This document shows, piece after piece, positions 36,462-49,300 of a stretch of 64,000 nucleotides of DNA (position 1 is the first letter of the stretch; every line of letters begins with the position of its first letter). The DNA lies in the IMG/VR virus record IMGVR_UViG_3300030376_005300, positions 1-64,000 of that record; one strand, given 5' to 3'. Under the pieces are notes generated by a model. That model worked only from the letters and a program-made list of their open reading frames with translations. It did not search any database and was not told the origin of the DNA. The translations under genes and the position numbers were made by a program. This DNA comes from a virus (taxonomy: Duplodnaviria > Caudoviricetes).

Positions 36462-36844
36462 TGCACATGGAAGAAATTTCACAAGAAGAGTTTTCGGCGT
36501 GGCAACAATTTTACGAAGACTCTCAGTTGAAAGTCAGCAGTAAAGCAGAAAAAATGCTTAAAGATTATTACGAACAACGGAAAAAGGATAAAGATAAGCA
36601 TTTGAAAGAGTTTTGGACAGGTACTGCCATACCAGCAGATTCGTACATAACGACGACCATGTTGGTCAATCTACTGGAAAGTCGCATATACACCTGCATA
36701 GAGGCCGGTTTTCCGGCTTGGCGGTTTGAAGAATTGGCTCTGTTCCTGACTTTCATTCCGGGAAGTAAGGTGTTTTCCGAAAACAAAAAGATGACACTTG
36801 CCGAATACTTCGGGTTGGAAGCATTCATCAGCGAAGAGGAATAG
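36461..36844 (+). CDS. hypothetical protein, AT-rich
   Basis: Open ORF with EEE* tail; codon style differs from neighbours. Confidence 0.65.
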   Translation: MHMEEISQEEFSAWQQFYEDSQLKVSSKAEKMLKDYYEQRKKDKDKHLKEFWTGTAIPADSYITTTMLVNLLESRIYTCIEAGFPAWRFEELALFLTFIPGSKVFSENKKMTLAEYFGLEAFISEEE

Positions 36845-36850
36845 GCTCAA

Positions 36851-36924
36851 GGGCGTATAGTGTAGTTTGGATAACACTTCGGCCTTCTAAGCCGAAACCG
36901 GGGGTTCAAATCCTCCTACGCCCG
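36851..36924 (+). tRNA. tRNA-Arg(UCU), no intron, CCA not encoded
   Basis: Acceptor GGGCGTA/TACGCCC, D-stem GTGT/ACAC, anticodon arm TCGGC-CTTCTAA-GCCGA, T-arm GGGGG-TTCAAAT-CCTCC. Confidence 0.95.
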
Positions 36925-37170
36925 CTCACTTCTTTTCAACAAATACCGAGAAAGCCGACCGCCAGTTTGTTTCGCTACAGGTTTAGCCTTGCGCTTGCGT
37001 TCACCCTTGAAGCCGAGTTGGCCGTGGAAGCGCAGGTAGTTGCAGAACGAACACTGGTGGATGACTACCTTCTCGCCGCTGATGTAACTGCCAGCGATGC
37101 AGAGAGGCAGAGCGATACGGTTGCAGTTCTCGCACTTTTGCTTGAACAGGTCTACGAATTGACTCATCAA
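36916..37170 (-). CDS. small Zn-ribbon basic protein
   Basis: CENC...CSFC; last gene of the - strand operon. Confidence 0.75.
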   Translation of the reverse strand: MMSQFVDLFKQKCENCNRIALPLCIAGSYISGEKVVIHQCSFCNYLRFHGQLGFKGERKRKAKPVAKQTGGRLSRYLLKRSERA

Positions 37171-38360
37171 CTCACCGCGTGCAGGTCTACCTTGTGCCAG
37201 TTCGCACCATCGTAGATGAACTTGGCATACTGGTTAATGGCAACATCCACATTGATTTTGGTACTGGTACTGTGCCCACCACTCGTTGAATCAAAGTGAA
37301 GCGTATGAGAGCCTGCTTTGTGATAGACTTCAACAACATGACCAGCGCCAAACGCACCGGTCGGGTTGATGGTACGGTTGTTGTCAGTGGTCACAATCCA
37401 CACATTGGCTTGGTCAAAGGTGAAGGTGACATTCCCACTTGTCGTGACAGTCTCAAGGCGGTTTGGACCGAGGACATAGGTGTTAGTCACAGGTGTAGTG
37501 TTGAGATTTCTCGGCACTGACGCATAAATGGCACCATGCTTGGCACCTGCTACATCTTCCCTGTGCGTTTGCCAAATAGCACCGAATGTACTTCCGCTAA
37601 GGTCGCCGTCTTCCGGGCTGGCGAAAAAGCCGTCTACACTGGTCAGTGCATTTGAAGTGGCAACATCGCCAACAGAGCCCTTGGTCATGGGCGTCAAATA
37701 CAATGGAGACGAACGAATGTAAGTTCGCCGGTCATGAATAGTTGGCGTTGTGCTGAGAGACGCAGTGACACTACCTGCTCCACCAGTCATAGCGTAGCGT
37801 AGCACACCGATGACGGTATGCTGGTGATTGGCATCCGTATTACCAGTGATGCTTGTACTTGAAAGAAAACGGTTGGGAATTAGAGGCGTACCGCTACTGG
37901 GTGCGGCTGGCGTTCCCATTTCGTACATCAAGTGAGCCTCGGGTGTACTTCTGCCAACGAGATAGACAACGACAAAGACATCGCTGTTGCTACCGGGGAC
38001 GCTCGGCAAATCGCCGCTGTGGTTTGCTCCACTCCCCGTCGTGCCCACGATAAACGACTCGCTTGCACCCGGTCCTCCTGCAAACTTGTAGAGTACACCG
38101 TCAAGTGTACAGAATCCTCCGTAGACCTTGATTTCACCTTGGGATGAACCAATCTCAATGAAACCGGGCGTGTTGGAAACGATGCTGTTTCTCAGCGAAT
38201 CGCCTCTTGCTCCGTCACCTAACCTCATAATACCGTTGCCGTGAAGGCCTTCGTAGAGGTTCGTCAGGCTGGGACTCGTAAGGCCGTCGCCATCTCTCAA
38301 TCCTTGGGCATTGGTGCCCATTGCACTTGCGCTTGTGTGTCCTGCTTTTGGGTTCGTCAT
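37167..38360 (-). CDS. putative tail fibre/structural protein
   Basis: G/S/T-rich; C-terminal beta-rich domain ending FIYDGANW; tail operon position. Confidence 0.65.
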   Translation of the reverse strand: MTNPKAGHTSASAMGTNAQGLRDGDGLTSPSLTNLYEGLHGNGIMRLGDGARGDSLRNSIVSNTPGFIEIGSSQGEIKVYGGFCTLDGVLYKFAGGPGASESFIVGTTGSGANHSGDLPSVPGSNSDVFVVVYLVGRSTPEAHLMYEMGTPAAPSSGTPLIPNRFLSSTSITGNTDANHQHTVIGVLRYAMTGGAGSVTASLSTTPTIHDRRTYIRSSPLYLTPMTKGSVGDVATSNALTSVDGFFASPEDGDLSGSTFGAIWQTHREDVAGAKHGAIYASVPRNLNTTPVTNTYVLGPNRLETVTTSGNVTFTFDQANVWIVTTDNNRTINPTGAFGAGHVVEVYHKAGSHTLHFDSTSGGHSTSTKINVDVAINQYAKFIYDGANWHKVDLHAVS

Positions 38361-38713
38361 ACTGTCACCTCAATAATGGCTGAAAATTGGAGTTCGTTGT
38401 TGCTTGTTTTTTGCACCGAGTTGTAAGTGTAGCGCATAAAGTCGGTAGTGTCGGTAGAATCGCTGGGACTCTTGTACCTGATAACGACTTCCCTCAAAGG
38501 GCGGGTAAATGAAGTGTCTAAAGCCAGTTTCGCTTCTACGATAAGCGTGCTGTCATCAATGACTCTCACAGTGGGCGTCACCACTACGGCAGGACTACCG
38601 ATGCCTCCGTCCTCTTGCGTGGCTACTGTACCGTCAAAGCCGAAAACGACCTCGTTGATTCGTGCTTTTAGCGTGTCAATCAAAAATCTCGTCCCTTCGT
38701 TCAATAGCGGCAT
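38357..38713 (-). CDS. putative baseplate/tail-fibre attachment protein
   Basis: FGFDGT.AT..D and LREV pattern; position. Confidence 0.55.
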   Translation of the reverse strand: MPLLNEGTRFLIDTLKARINEVVFGFDGTVATQEDGGIGSPAVVVTPTVRVIDDSTLIVEAKLALDTSFTRPLREVVIRYKSPSDSTDTTDFMRYTYNSVQKTSNNELQFSAIIEVTV

Positions 38714-38714
38714 A

Positions 38715-40373
38715 TCATCCTCTCCTATTCCCTAAGAAATAACTGTGTACAGCACCAATTTTCAGGTGATTGTTGAGTGCTTCGGCTGAGTCAGACAGCA
38801 AAAAGAGTTCGTCGTTGTTGGCTACTTTGTGCACGCTGGCCGATTTGATGACAACAGTAGTGGCCCCAACGGAAGCGAGGTGAATATGTCCCAGTTTGTT
38901 TCCATTGGCGGTATAGACGGCTTGGTTGTCAGTGGCAAAAGCGGAAGACGCCGAGGTACCGTCTACGGTGAATGAAGTTGTCCCAATAGCATAGCCACCG
39001 CCGTTGTTGATGAGCACACCTGTACCTTGTAACTGTTGAGAGCCGTTGATAGTGTTCCGACGAGTCAATCCGATGGTGTAGCCCACGCCACGATTCATGT
39101 CCTCGCGCTCAGACAATTGCCAACTGACTCGTACCTTGAAGCCAAACGAAGTAGAGAACTCCTCTACGGCAAACTGCCTGTTACGCTCTTCGCTGGCGTC
39201 AGTGTTGCCGCTGACATCAATTTCTTGGAAGCGTTGCAATACATCTTCCAGCGTCACATCTACTGAGTTTACATGCAGTTCGCTGGTTTTGTCGTTGAGA
39301 TTGATGCGACTGCCGAGGACGATGTAACGCTCATTGTCTGTTCTCGTTTGATACGACACCATGTCGCCGGGGTGCATGTGGCTGGCGGCAGTGACATCCA
39401 CCAGTCTGCGACTGCCCGTGGCGTTCTTCGCCATCTTGAGCATACGCCTTCCTATCGTCTTAGCACTCGCCTTGGTCACTGCCGTAGGTGCGTGGATGCC
39501 ACCCGGTACCTCGTTAATACCGTTCTGCTGTCTGCCAAAGTCGTCAACTTGCACGGCGTTGTTTTGGTTGTTCGCTCTTGCTTTACCACGCACAACGACA
39601 CGGTTTGGTGTATTCTCACTTATCTCTGTTATAGAACCACCAAGAACTCTGTTCTCACCTACGAAGTGTTCACGCTCAATGTGATTCTGAGGGAAATAGC
39701 ACACATTTCCAAAGCGGTCGGATTTGGGACTGTAGCCGTCATGCTTGGACAGATAACGCAGTGCTGTGTACGCTTCTACGCCTAAGAAGTCTTGAGCCAA
39801 GAAAGTCAGGCTGGGCGTGCGAGCCCGCACACCGTTGATGCTACTGGTGTTCGCTTTGGCGACACGGTGAGCCAAATCAGAAGTCCGCAAGCCTACGCCA
39901 ACTTTCTGAGCAAAATGGATGGTTTTGTCGGTGAAGCCGATGGACTTGAGATTGCGACCCTTGAGGTTCTCCAGCCTGAACCGTGTACCTTTGGTAGCGT
40001 CTTGGATTTGCGATACGACGAGGGCTTGGTCGTTGTTCTCAGCGCCCACCACGAGCGCAGGTAGCGTGCTGGCAGTCGTCACCTTGTCCCCGTCAAGGAA
40101 CAACGCCCCTTCGTAGCGAACACTGTCCGATGGGTTGTGAAGCAAACGAATGGTATCTTCCTCTTCAATCAACTTGTAACGCTTCTCCGTGGTCGGCATA
40201 AAGTCCGATTGCGTAGGAGCGTTGACGACAAAGCCAGCGGCAGTCTTGGTGTACTCACCGTGTCGCACAGCGTTGTCAACGAACCGTGGTTTGCGGATAA
40301 CCTTCATGACGGAATCCTGAGCGGCATCAAAACGACCCGTTGAGAGATTCTTGCCCAATGCCATGTTGCTCAC
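38715..40373 (-). CDS. putative tail-tip/baseplate hub protein
   Basis: ALRYLS...DRFGNVCY, NRVVVRG, MHPGDMV...YIV hub-like pattern. Confidence 0.6.
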   Translation of the reverse strand: MSNMALGKNLSTGRFDAAQDSVMKVIRKPRFVDNAVRHGEYTKTAAGFVVNAPTQSDFMPTTEKRYKLIEEEDTIRLLHNPSDSVRYEGALFLDGDKVTTASTLPALVVGAENNDQALVVSQIQDATKGTRFRLENLKGRNLKSIGFTDKTIHFAQKVGVGLRTSDLAHRVAKANTSSINGVRARTPSLTFLAQDFLGVEAYTALRYLSKHDGYSPKSDRFGNVCYFPQNHIEREHFVGENRVLGGSITEISENTPNRVVVRGKARANNQNNAVQVDDFGRQQNGINEVPGGIHAPTAVTKASAKTIGRRMLKMAKNATGSRRLVDVTAASHMHPGDMVSYQTRTDNERYIVLGSRINLNDKTSELHVNSVDVTLEDVLQRFQEIDVSGNTDASEERNRQFAVEEFSTSFGFKVRVSWQLSEREDMNRGVGYTIGLTRRNTINGSQQLQGTGVLINNGGGYAIGTTSFTVDGTSASSAFATDNQAVYTANGNKLGHIHLASVGATTVVIKSASVHKVANNDELFLLSDSAEALNNHLKIGAVHSYFLGNRRG

Positions 40374-43300
40374 TCTCCGCTATGGTCTCCGGTGTTATAA
40401 CTTGCATCACCCTTGCTACCCTTTGGGTGCAGGGTCTGACTGAATCTCGGCTGAACTTCATAGTCCCCTTCCTCGTCGTCCGTAGAGCGACGGCTGGCGT
40501 CAGAACGGAAGTGTTCCAGCGTGTTCTCTGACATGACCATACGGGCCACTGGAGAGCGCACATCGGCCTTGTCGTAGCCACTGACCTCAACGCCCTGAAT
40601 CTTCGGCCCTTGGCTGTCAGGGACGGTCGTACTGCTCGTCGGGACCACGCTGTACACTGGGGCGTACGGAGGACTGCTGGGCGTACCTGTACGGGCCGAA
40701 GGTACATCGCTCGTGAACATGCCGTACTTTCCGCCGGAAGTAGCCCTGTAGAAGTTTGAGCCAGTCTGCGGACCACCTGTGTTGAGGAACGCTCGGAACA
40801 TTTGACTGTGCTTGTGGTCAAGACCGTGAGCAGGTCGGTAAACGAATTGAATTGTACTGTCGGCGTAGTTGATGTTTTCAAGCGCGGGGTCATGGTTGGC
40901 GTCTTGATATGGGTTGGACGAAGAAGACGCTCCTGCCTTGCCCCATCCTTTGACATCAAGGACACCAGCGTGCTTGCTCCATTCCATGATGTAAGTGCCA
41001 CCGAGTGCCCACATAGCGTGAGCGTTGGAGTGCTTGACCACGCCCGTCACAGGCTTGTCTGACCAGTTGAGAGCGGTCATGTCCAAATCCTTGAGCGTGC
41101 GACTACCAACATCGTACGCACCTCGGATGTTGGTGCGCTGTCCCACTTCCTTGTCGGTGTGAAGACTGTGAGCCTCTGTAGACATGACAACATACTCACG
41201 AGACACGCCGTCGTTAAGTTCAGCCAGTGTGTCCACATCCAGTCCGATACGAACATCGTTGCGAGACACGGGTTCTGCTCCTCTGTCGTCAGCGTTGACC
41301 GTTTCGGTCGCTTCGCCAACATGTGCAGATGACTTGAGCAGACCGTCGTCTGCGTTGAGGTCAACACGGTCACTGATACCGCGCTCAACCTCACCATCTT
41401 GCAGAGCAAGATTACTAGGTCTGACGAGCCCTTGTCCAAGGATTGGTTCGGCGGTGCTGTGACTGAGGACGAGGCCAGTAGCGTCGTGCTTTTCGCTGAC
41501 GGCCATGAGTAGACTTTCGTTGAACACTGTCGGCCAGCGTACACCGCGACCATCACCACGGTCACCAACTCTGAGGGCGCTCGCTGGGTTGAACCAGTCC
41601 ACTTTGCTCATATTGGATGCGTTGTTGTTGTCGCTGTTGGTGTTCCCGCTGTAGCGGTCGGTACCGTCTCCGCCAAACAAATCATGAGCGGCAGGGCGAT
41701 GCGTGACATTCGTATCGGCATAAGCGTCTTCGGGGTCCCAAGAAGGTCGCAGGCCGAATCCACGCACAGGGAAACGCCTGACATCTTCGCCACGGGTATT
41801 GCCCCACCAGTCAACCATGTAGTGGCGATGAGCCTTGGCTAACTCTTCTACACCTTGTCCAGCCTCGTCATTAGGGTACATGCGCGTCGTCGTAGACGCA
41901 TTTCTCAGTGTCCGTACAGGGCACCCGAACGGACCCGTCATACGACGACCGTCGCTGTAGCGCACTTGCCTGCCAATTTGGTCTTGCCCGAGGAGGCTGG
42001 AAACCTGTGTGATGCGTTCTAAAATGCCGATGTTCATAGCGACAATATCTTCATCGCTTTCTCCTGAATCGCTTCCGACATAATCCCATCCGTTTGTCTT
42101 GGAGTCGTGTTGGATAAGAGGTCCGTGATAGTAGCCAAGCATAGCATTGCTGTTGGCCACTTCAAGCCAGCCACGGACATATGGTGACCAGCGCGGACGG
42201 TTGTACAGTTGGCGCACGCCCATACGGTACCCGAAGCACCGGTTTCTGTCGTTGGGCAAAGACAGCGTAGCGACCCCTGTAGAATCCTGATAAGTCTCGC
42301 AGTCCATGCCAAAGGTATCACTGCCCCACCCAATCAGTGAGTGACCATAGGACTCCAGTCGGCTAACAGCACCGCCACCATGGCTACCCCCTCCCCAAAA
42401 GCCGAAGAAGTTGTATTTGTTTGAACCAAGTGTACCTCCTTGGTGACTGAGTGTGCCCGCACCGTCAAGTAAAGCATCTATTTCAGCGGCTGTGTATACT
42501 TTACCAGTATCACTCGCTTCGGCAACATACTCTGCTACTCGGACTTGGTTGATGTCTTTGTCAGTGTGTATGCTACAGGCGTACAATTTGGTTCCGTCCG
42601 AGTTCCAATCAAAGCCTGCAATTGAAGCATTGACAGTGCTTCCCCCGTCTATTCGTTGTCCGAGGACGGTTCCGATATTGACACTTGACACAAATGACTT
42701 AGTAGTCATATCAAAAGGAGTAGACAACGCAAACTCGGCTAACTTAGGACTGGAGCCAGCGTAATAGGAAATGAAAACCTTTGTACCGCCGGGTTTGAAT
42801 CGTATGCATGTCATTTGCTCTATTGTATCTCCATCGTCATCGGATACCGCCAACGACACCGTACTTGTTGAAATGGAAGAAGTGATGTCGTAATTTGTAC
42901 TAAGGGTGCTCACCTTTACATCAGCGCCAGCACTCGTCACTATGTACATCACGCTACCGTCATCGTTGAACGCTATTCCTTGAGTAGCACCAAAGGAAAC
43001 GATGTTCAGTGTAGTGGTTGCCGAAACAGAAGTAATGTCAAAAGGTGTAGAAAGAGTCTTCCTTTGTAAATAAGGAGAAGCCTGTCCTACGATATACACA
43101 GAATTGCCACCGTCACCGAAGCAATTTCCTCTTGGACTTTGGTTGTTGACTGAAAGTTCATCCGGCGTTGCTGTAAAATCGGGCAAAGAATTTTGGTCAA
43201 AGGTATAAGCCTTTAATTTCTCACCACTTCCGGGTTCTGTCGTAAGTATCATCTTGGTCGGAGAAATCATCAATTCAACCAATGGGTCGGTTCCAGCACT

Positions 43301-46300
43301 GGTCACAGCGTTACTGCTGAGTTCCGAAAGAGTGTACGAGTTGTCTACGGCAGGGGCTATCCACTCCATTCCCAACGCAAACGGTCCTTTGCTGGCAACA
43401 TAATTGAAATCGTGATAGTGAACTGTTTCAAAATGCTCAGGCACATGGTTGTACGGTTTTTGATTGACAGGTGCATCGGCCACACCCGTGTTAGCGTAAA
43501 ACCCTCTGCTATTGTCGTCGCTGTACCAAGTGAACGGACGACCGAGATTAGGATGCCACATGCAAAGGAACGCGTCAGCCGCCTGTAAGGAGTTCGTATC
43601 GCGACTTCCGTTCGCTAACTGTGGTAAGTTCCTTGTCATTGCACTACTTTCAGAACTCAAAAACAGTGAATCAGCATCGTCGTTATCATAAGGCGTAGTG
43701 AGCCGTAGGATAGTTCCTGCGCCTAAGTTGGCCCAAAACTCAGCAGTACCTGACACTCCCGAGAAGGTGTCACTCTCACCAAGCGTAGCGTGAGCAAGCG
43801 TCCCTGTACGGTTGGTGTAAGTAGCCGTGTAGCGTATACCGTTTTTGAAGTACACCAAGTTTTCACCGTAGTAGGGTTGCACAGGGAACAAGGCGTTGTC
43901 GTCAACGACGATGGTATTGGAATCGTTGTCACTGATAACGATGCAGTTTGGATTAAGGCTCCGTACTCGCTTATGTGGTTCGTAAATGTCAAGGAAACTT
44001 GTAGGGTAGCCAGCGAGTGTCAATTGTGCTCCGACAGAACCGTAGTTGGCTCTGCACAGTTGGTAATAGTTGTCAGGCTTGTGCCACTCAAGGTGCTTGA
44101 ACTTGTCAGCACTGGAAGAGGTAGCACCATCTTTGTGCAATATACCCCACCAAGGTATAGTCAATGTTCGGCCCGGAGTTGACGACTCAAACATACCGGG
44201 GCGATATGGCAGACTTCGCCGTGTAAGCGAAGGACTTGTACTTTCTTGTACACCCAGTGGATTGTACAAAGCGAGCGGTGCCAAGTTGGTAAACTGACTA
44301 CCAGCATCCGGCTCAATATCCAAAATGACTTCGTTGAGTATGACTTCGCATCCTCGTACATCGGCCATCATGGCCTCTGCAAGAATGAGAGCATAAGCCC
44401 CTCTCGTACTCATGTCCTTTTCAATGGCAATTACAGTGTTGACTTGTTGACCGGTAAGTTCTGTGACTTTAGTTCCACCTTCGCTTGGTGCTTTATTTTC
44501 AGTGCTGTGATTAAGATGGAAACCTTGTAGTTGTTGCTTGAACACATTCGGCTGAATGATAATTTGATATGCACCTACTTCAAGAGGGTCGGGGAAATGA
44601 TTGTTCAAGGTATAAGTGTTAGCCGCTTCAAGGACAAGCGTGTGACCTCCTTGCGAGTTGATGGTACCTGCGTTTGAACCTGCACTGGCGGCTATACCGT
44701 AACCCTCGTACTTTACCTTGGTCTCTGTCAGCAGTGTAAATCCTCCGCCGTGAATGTCGCTGGGACCAAACGGTGCTGATGGAGTAGAGAACCAAATAAG
44801 CGGACCTCTGCCATATCCGTTATTTTGCAATGTAGAGGTGGTAGATGTTCTCGTACCCTCCAACGGACCAATAAGCCCTGTGTCAACGGACTTATGATTG
44901 GAACTCTGACAAGCGGTGTTGAGGTCGTACAGTCGCTGGTAAGCAGGGTGAGCGTAGTGTCCGGGCATCAACGCCATGGTAGCGTTGACATGGTGATGTC
45001 CCATTCTTGGTATAGGCATTGGCGTCATTTTTGGTTTGGTCAGGTTGGTGTAGGCTGTGGATGTTGCCGCCATGGCACCAGTGTTCGCAGGTAAATTGCT
45101 GTAAAGCGTGAACCAATCAATGGATTTCATGTCAGGACTGGCACCGCTGTACTCTGCGTGGTCTCGTAAGCGCCTTGCCGCAAACAGCCTTGTTGAACCT
45201 GCGGGCATGTAGTACGATGGGACAACCTTGAGTCCAGTCTTTCCAGTCACGAATGACACAAAGTCGGGACTGTAGACGACACCTGTGAACTTGTTTGTAC
45301 CTATTCCTGTGTACGAAGCGATAACACCTTTATCGGTCGCCGGGTCGTAGACGCGTAAGAAATAACGACCTCCACTTTGTTCGTTTGAATCTGTCCAAGT
45401 AGCGGCTTCGGGCGTAGACCCGACTGTAATTTCAGTACCACTGTAACTGGTGTAGTTCAGTTCGTCAACATCGTACCGATGCGTCATAGACACGCCCATG
45501 CGAGTGACATGGAAGAAGAGACTTCGGTCGTGTGGCTCATAGGCAGAGTCAAGAGGAGCGTTATCGGTATGGTCAGCCCACCCCTCAGATGTAGACGCTG
45601 GGAACTTCAAACGACTGTGACTGGTATCAGACGAAATGTCGGACGCGTCTTGACTGAGATGCTCCCATCCGTTGTTCTCCCATGTTGGAAACAGTCTCGG
45701 TCCCGGCTGTAAGTTGCCGAACATTGACTGGAGTTGAGCACTCGCTTGAGCAGGGTGTTGCAAGCCTCCGCTACCTACAGTTTCGTTTTGATAAGCCTGC
45801 AAGCGGTCAAACCCTGACCTGACTACGATGTTGCCGGGAATTTCATCAGGATTAGGCAAGCGGATTTTGAGGTTTGGATTTACACCTGCACCTGCGAGAG
45901 CAGGAGCGAGGCCTTCAATGTCACGGTCACTGATATGTCGGAAGTCCATAATCACTGTTCCGAGCGGGCTACCACCCTCCAATCGGTGTTCTTGTCCAGT
46001 GTCGTCAATGACGCTGACGCTTTGAAATTGAATGTGTTCATTGGGAATCAACAGAGCGTTTCTAATTTCAAGCGGGTGCTGTTCTGCTAATTGAGGATGC
46101 GCCAACTCCTGTGCCTGAATGATAGGGAACATGGCGGCGTTGGTTGTCTCAAACGAAAACCGGTTGTTGCCAAGGATTTTTTCTCCAACTAATTTGTATT
46201 CACTGTTGTCCTTGCGCTTCGTCCACGGTATCATTCCGAGTCCACGAGCGTTGACAGCGGGCATGGTCACACTGCCGCCGTCCATGCGTTTCCACACGAC

Positions 46301-49300
46301 ATGCTCCGGCAAGAAATTACGAGCCGCACTGCGCTCGTTGTAGTAGTTGTACAGACCTTTGTAGGGCGTTGCGGCGATGTCCAAGTAGTCGTATTGGTCA
46401 CTAATTCCTATACATTCAACACCGTATGTACCCCTGTCCTCGTGGAAAGCCGAGTTCTTCACAACAGACTCGTCCCAAAACAAATCACCGGTTGGATAAT
46501 TACAAGCGTTTGCTCGTACCATGTCACCGCTTTGGATGGTGCGATGAAGTTGCGCGTCAGTAGGGGCACTGCCGACAGCAGGGTAGTCACTGCTGGTCGT
46601 AGGTAATGAAAAACCAGTGTGAACTTGCGCTTCTACATGCGGACCAGCAGTAGCCGTACCGACATACCGGTCTTTATTGTGTACCTTCCCAGTATCCCAA
46701 GCCACTGTACCAGCGTGTTCAATGTTACCCGTCTGCCCAACATGCAACCAGTCTCCCATACCACTTACACCATTTTTGTCAGCCTTCGCAATCAACGGTA
46801 GTTCGCTTTCATGAGTGATGGCTACGAGGTGACGACTGGCAAGACCGTCTACACAGTAGTCTTCGTAGAACGAAACAACAGCACTCTCTCCTGTGAGTTT
46901 ACTGGCGGGACTTGAGCCGCCAACGCAAGTCTCTGCGGCTCCGTAAGGGTTGAAACCTAAGAACGGATGCCACGCTCCTAAACCAGCAGGGTGTAAGTTG
47001 GCACCGATGTCATTGGTAGCCTCGTACGAGTTGAGATAAGAATATGCTTCACCATGCCAACCGACAGCGCCGACCGGCTTAGTTCTATCAACTGCATCTT
47101 GGAATCCACCAAAGTGAACCTGAGTCATGTGGTCTCTTCCCGTTCCCGACGCCGCGTTATTGAAACGATGAGTGCCAGCCTTGGCCCAAACATACGCTTT
47201 GAAACTTGTATCAGGAGTGATTGCACTGCGCGTTTGAGGATTCACAATGTTGGTGTTAGAAGTGATGGCGTTCTTTGCGAGCGTAAATGTGGTGTTTGGT
47301 GCCGATATACTCTGTGAAATGTAAGGTGCGAAGCCAGCGTTAGCACCGTCGCTGACTCTTAACCAGCCATAATCAGGGAGCGTTGTTGCTGTACTGGTGA
47401 CTCTCAAAGAAGCAGGTGTCCCGCTGTTTTCGGCTGTGTACTGGTTTACCTCTAACTCTACCCAACCGTAGCGGTCTTGCTTGTGAGCGTTCTGCATGCT
47501 GGGCATAAAGGTACCACCTATTGCCTTCAATGGGTCTTTACCGGGGAAGGTATTGATAGCGCCGCTGAGGACTGCGCCCAGTTCTTCGGCGTTCTGACAT
47601 CTTGTAGCATCTACGACGACAACATTATCATCCAAGATTTGGTTGTCGGGTGAGCCTCCGTAATAAGTGAGGTAAGCCTTAGCGAGAAGACCAGCAGGGC
47701 GGAAAGCACTTGTGTTGTGCTTCGCACCGCTACCAGTTGACAAGAACGCACTCGCCGCATGGTTCTTGGGGTTCTTCCGTACATGGTCGTCAAGGAAGTG
47801 ACCGCCGGGATGGTACCCTCCGTCCATGTGCCAAACGACAGAAGACTTCCTTGTAGTCGCATGACTCCCACTCCCAACAGCGTTTCCGCTAATGTCGTCA
47901 AAGACATGACTGAACGGGTGATAGTTTTTCGGAAGGCCAGTTATGGCACCTGCTGTACCTTCGTAGAAAAAGGCCATGGATTTAGTTTGCGAGTATGTGC
48001 GAGAACTGGAAGCGTTGACATTTGGGAAACCCTTTGTCGGTTGCCAATTCATAACATAGTTGAAGCCTTGAACATTGTTCTTTTGGAAGAAAGTAGTCAT
48101 AGGTAAATACGCTAACGCTCCGCCTCTGTTGAAACCACTGTGCTCTGTAGTGTCCCCGTTGGCCAATTGATTTGGCAAAAATGAATCTTTGGCAGTGTTC
48201 CCTCCAAGGTAAATTGGTACAGCACTGTAACCGTTACCAGCAGTGACTATGTTTGCACCTTGCGGTTCGGTCGTTGCTGTATTATGCGGAAAGGCCTGCC
48301 CCGGTCCGAAAATCATGTAAGTAGTCGCATCGCCTGTACTACCGTCATGCCTGTAACGAGCATGGGCATGGGCGAAACGCAAGATGACAGGGCTCGGGAC
48401 ATTAGCATGAACAGAATTACTACCATCGGTGTAATCCAAGCCTGTCACCTTGCTGTTAGCACCTTTGGTCATATCAAACGGTAGTATGGCATCTTGATTG
48501 AAAAACGGAGGATGGTTTTGTCCTTTGTGCTGGTCAAGGTACACTGTTCCGGGGAACATGGCCATCATGGCATTGGTATCAAGCAGTGCGAATGACCCAG
48601 CGATTTCTCCTACATTTTGGAAACCAGCAGAGCCAGTGGGTCCATTGGCGTAAGGATGTGTGTAGAAATCAGAATAATCGTTCTGTGTACCGTCATTGAT
48701 GTCCGTTACCACGCCGCTAAAACCGCCACCGAAATAGAGTGGGACATAATGGTCAGGACTGTCTCGTCCGCCTCGGAAATACAGGAATGGGCTGGAGTTT
48801 TTACTACCGGCTATTCTTACACCATCTATTTGAGAAAAGTCGCGATAAGTAGAGTTCCGCTTCCAAAGTATGTCTCCGCCTGCTGGGTTAGGGAACGCTA
48901 CAGGATTGGTGCTCTTACTTTCAATCGTGACTACTTCTTCGGGGTCGGCTACACCTGCCTTGCTCCTCACTCTTGCCCAAGCGTTACTGCTGTGCCAAAC
49001 AATAAACGGCTCGCCCCAACTGTTAGCAGTATCAGACGCAGGCTTACCAAGCAACGCCCACGATTCGTTTGTGGCTACACTGATGTCAGGGTCAGAGAAG
49101 GAGTGTACTTCAACACAAGGAGAGTCCACTCGTGGAATGATGTGGTCACCTGCAATGTCGGTGAAATTCTCCCCTCTCAGATTTTTCTGCCAGTCAATGA
49201 TGTCTACTGTGTTATTCTGACTATCAACAAGTACAGGGGTCGCTGTATTTGCATTGGTCCCTCTGTATTTTGTACTAATATGCAAGACTGTCTTTGGTAT

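Noticed and set aside
444-36828. Many - strand ORFs (e.g. 2244-2828, 11381-12061, 15420-16097, 25918-26499, 29044-29685)
   Set aside because: Antisense shadows of well-supported, tightly coupled + strand genes; composition is typical of reverse-complement frames
36851-36924. tRNA as prophage attachment site
   Set aside because: No integrase and no duplicated tRNA 3' end seen; viral genes continue on both sides
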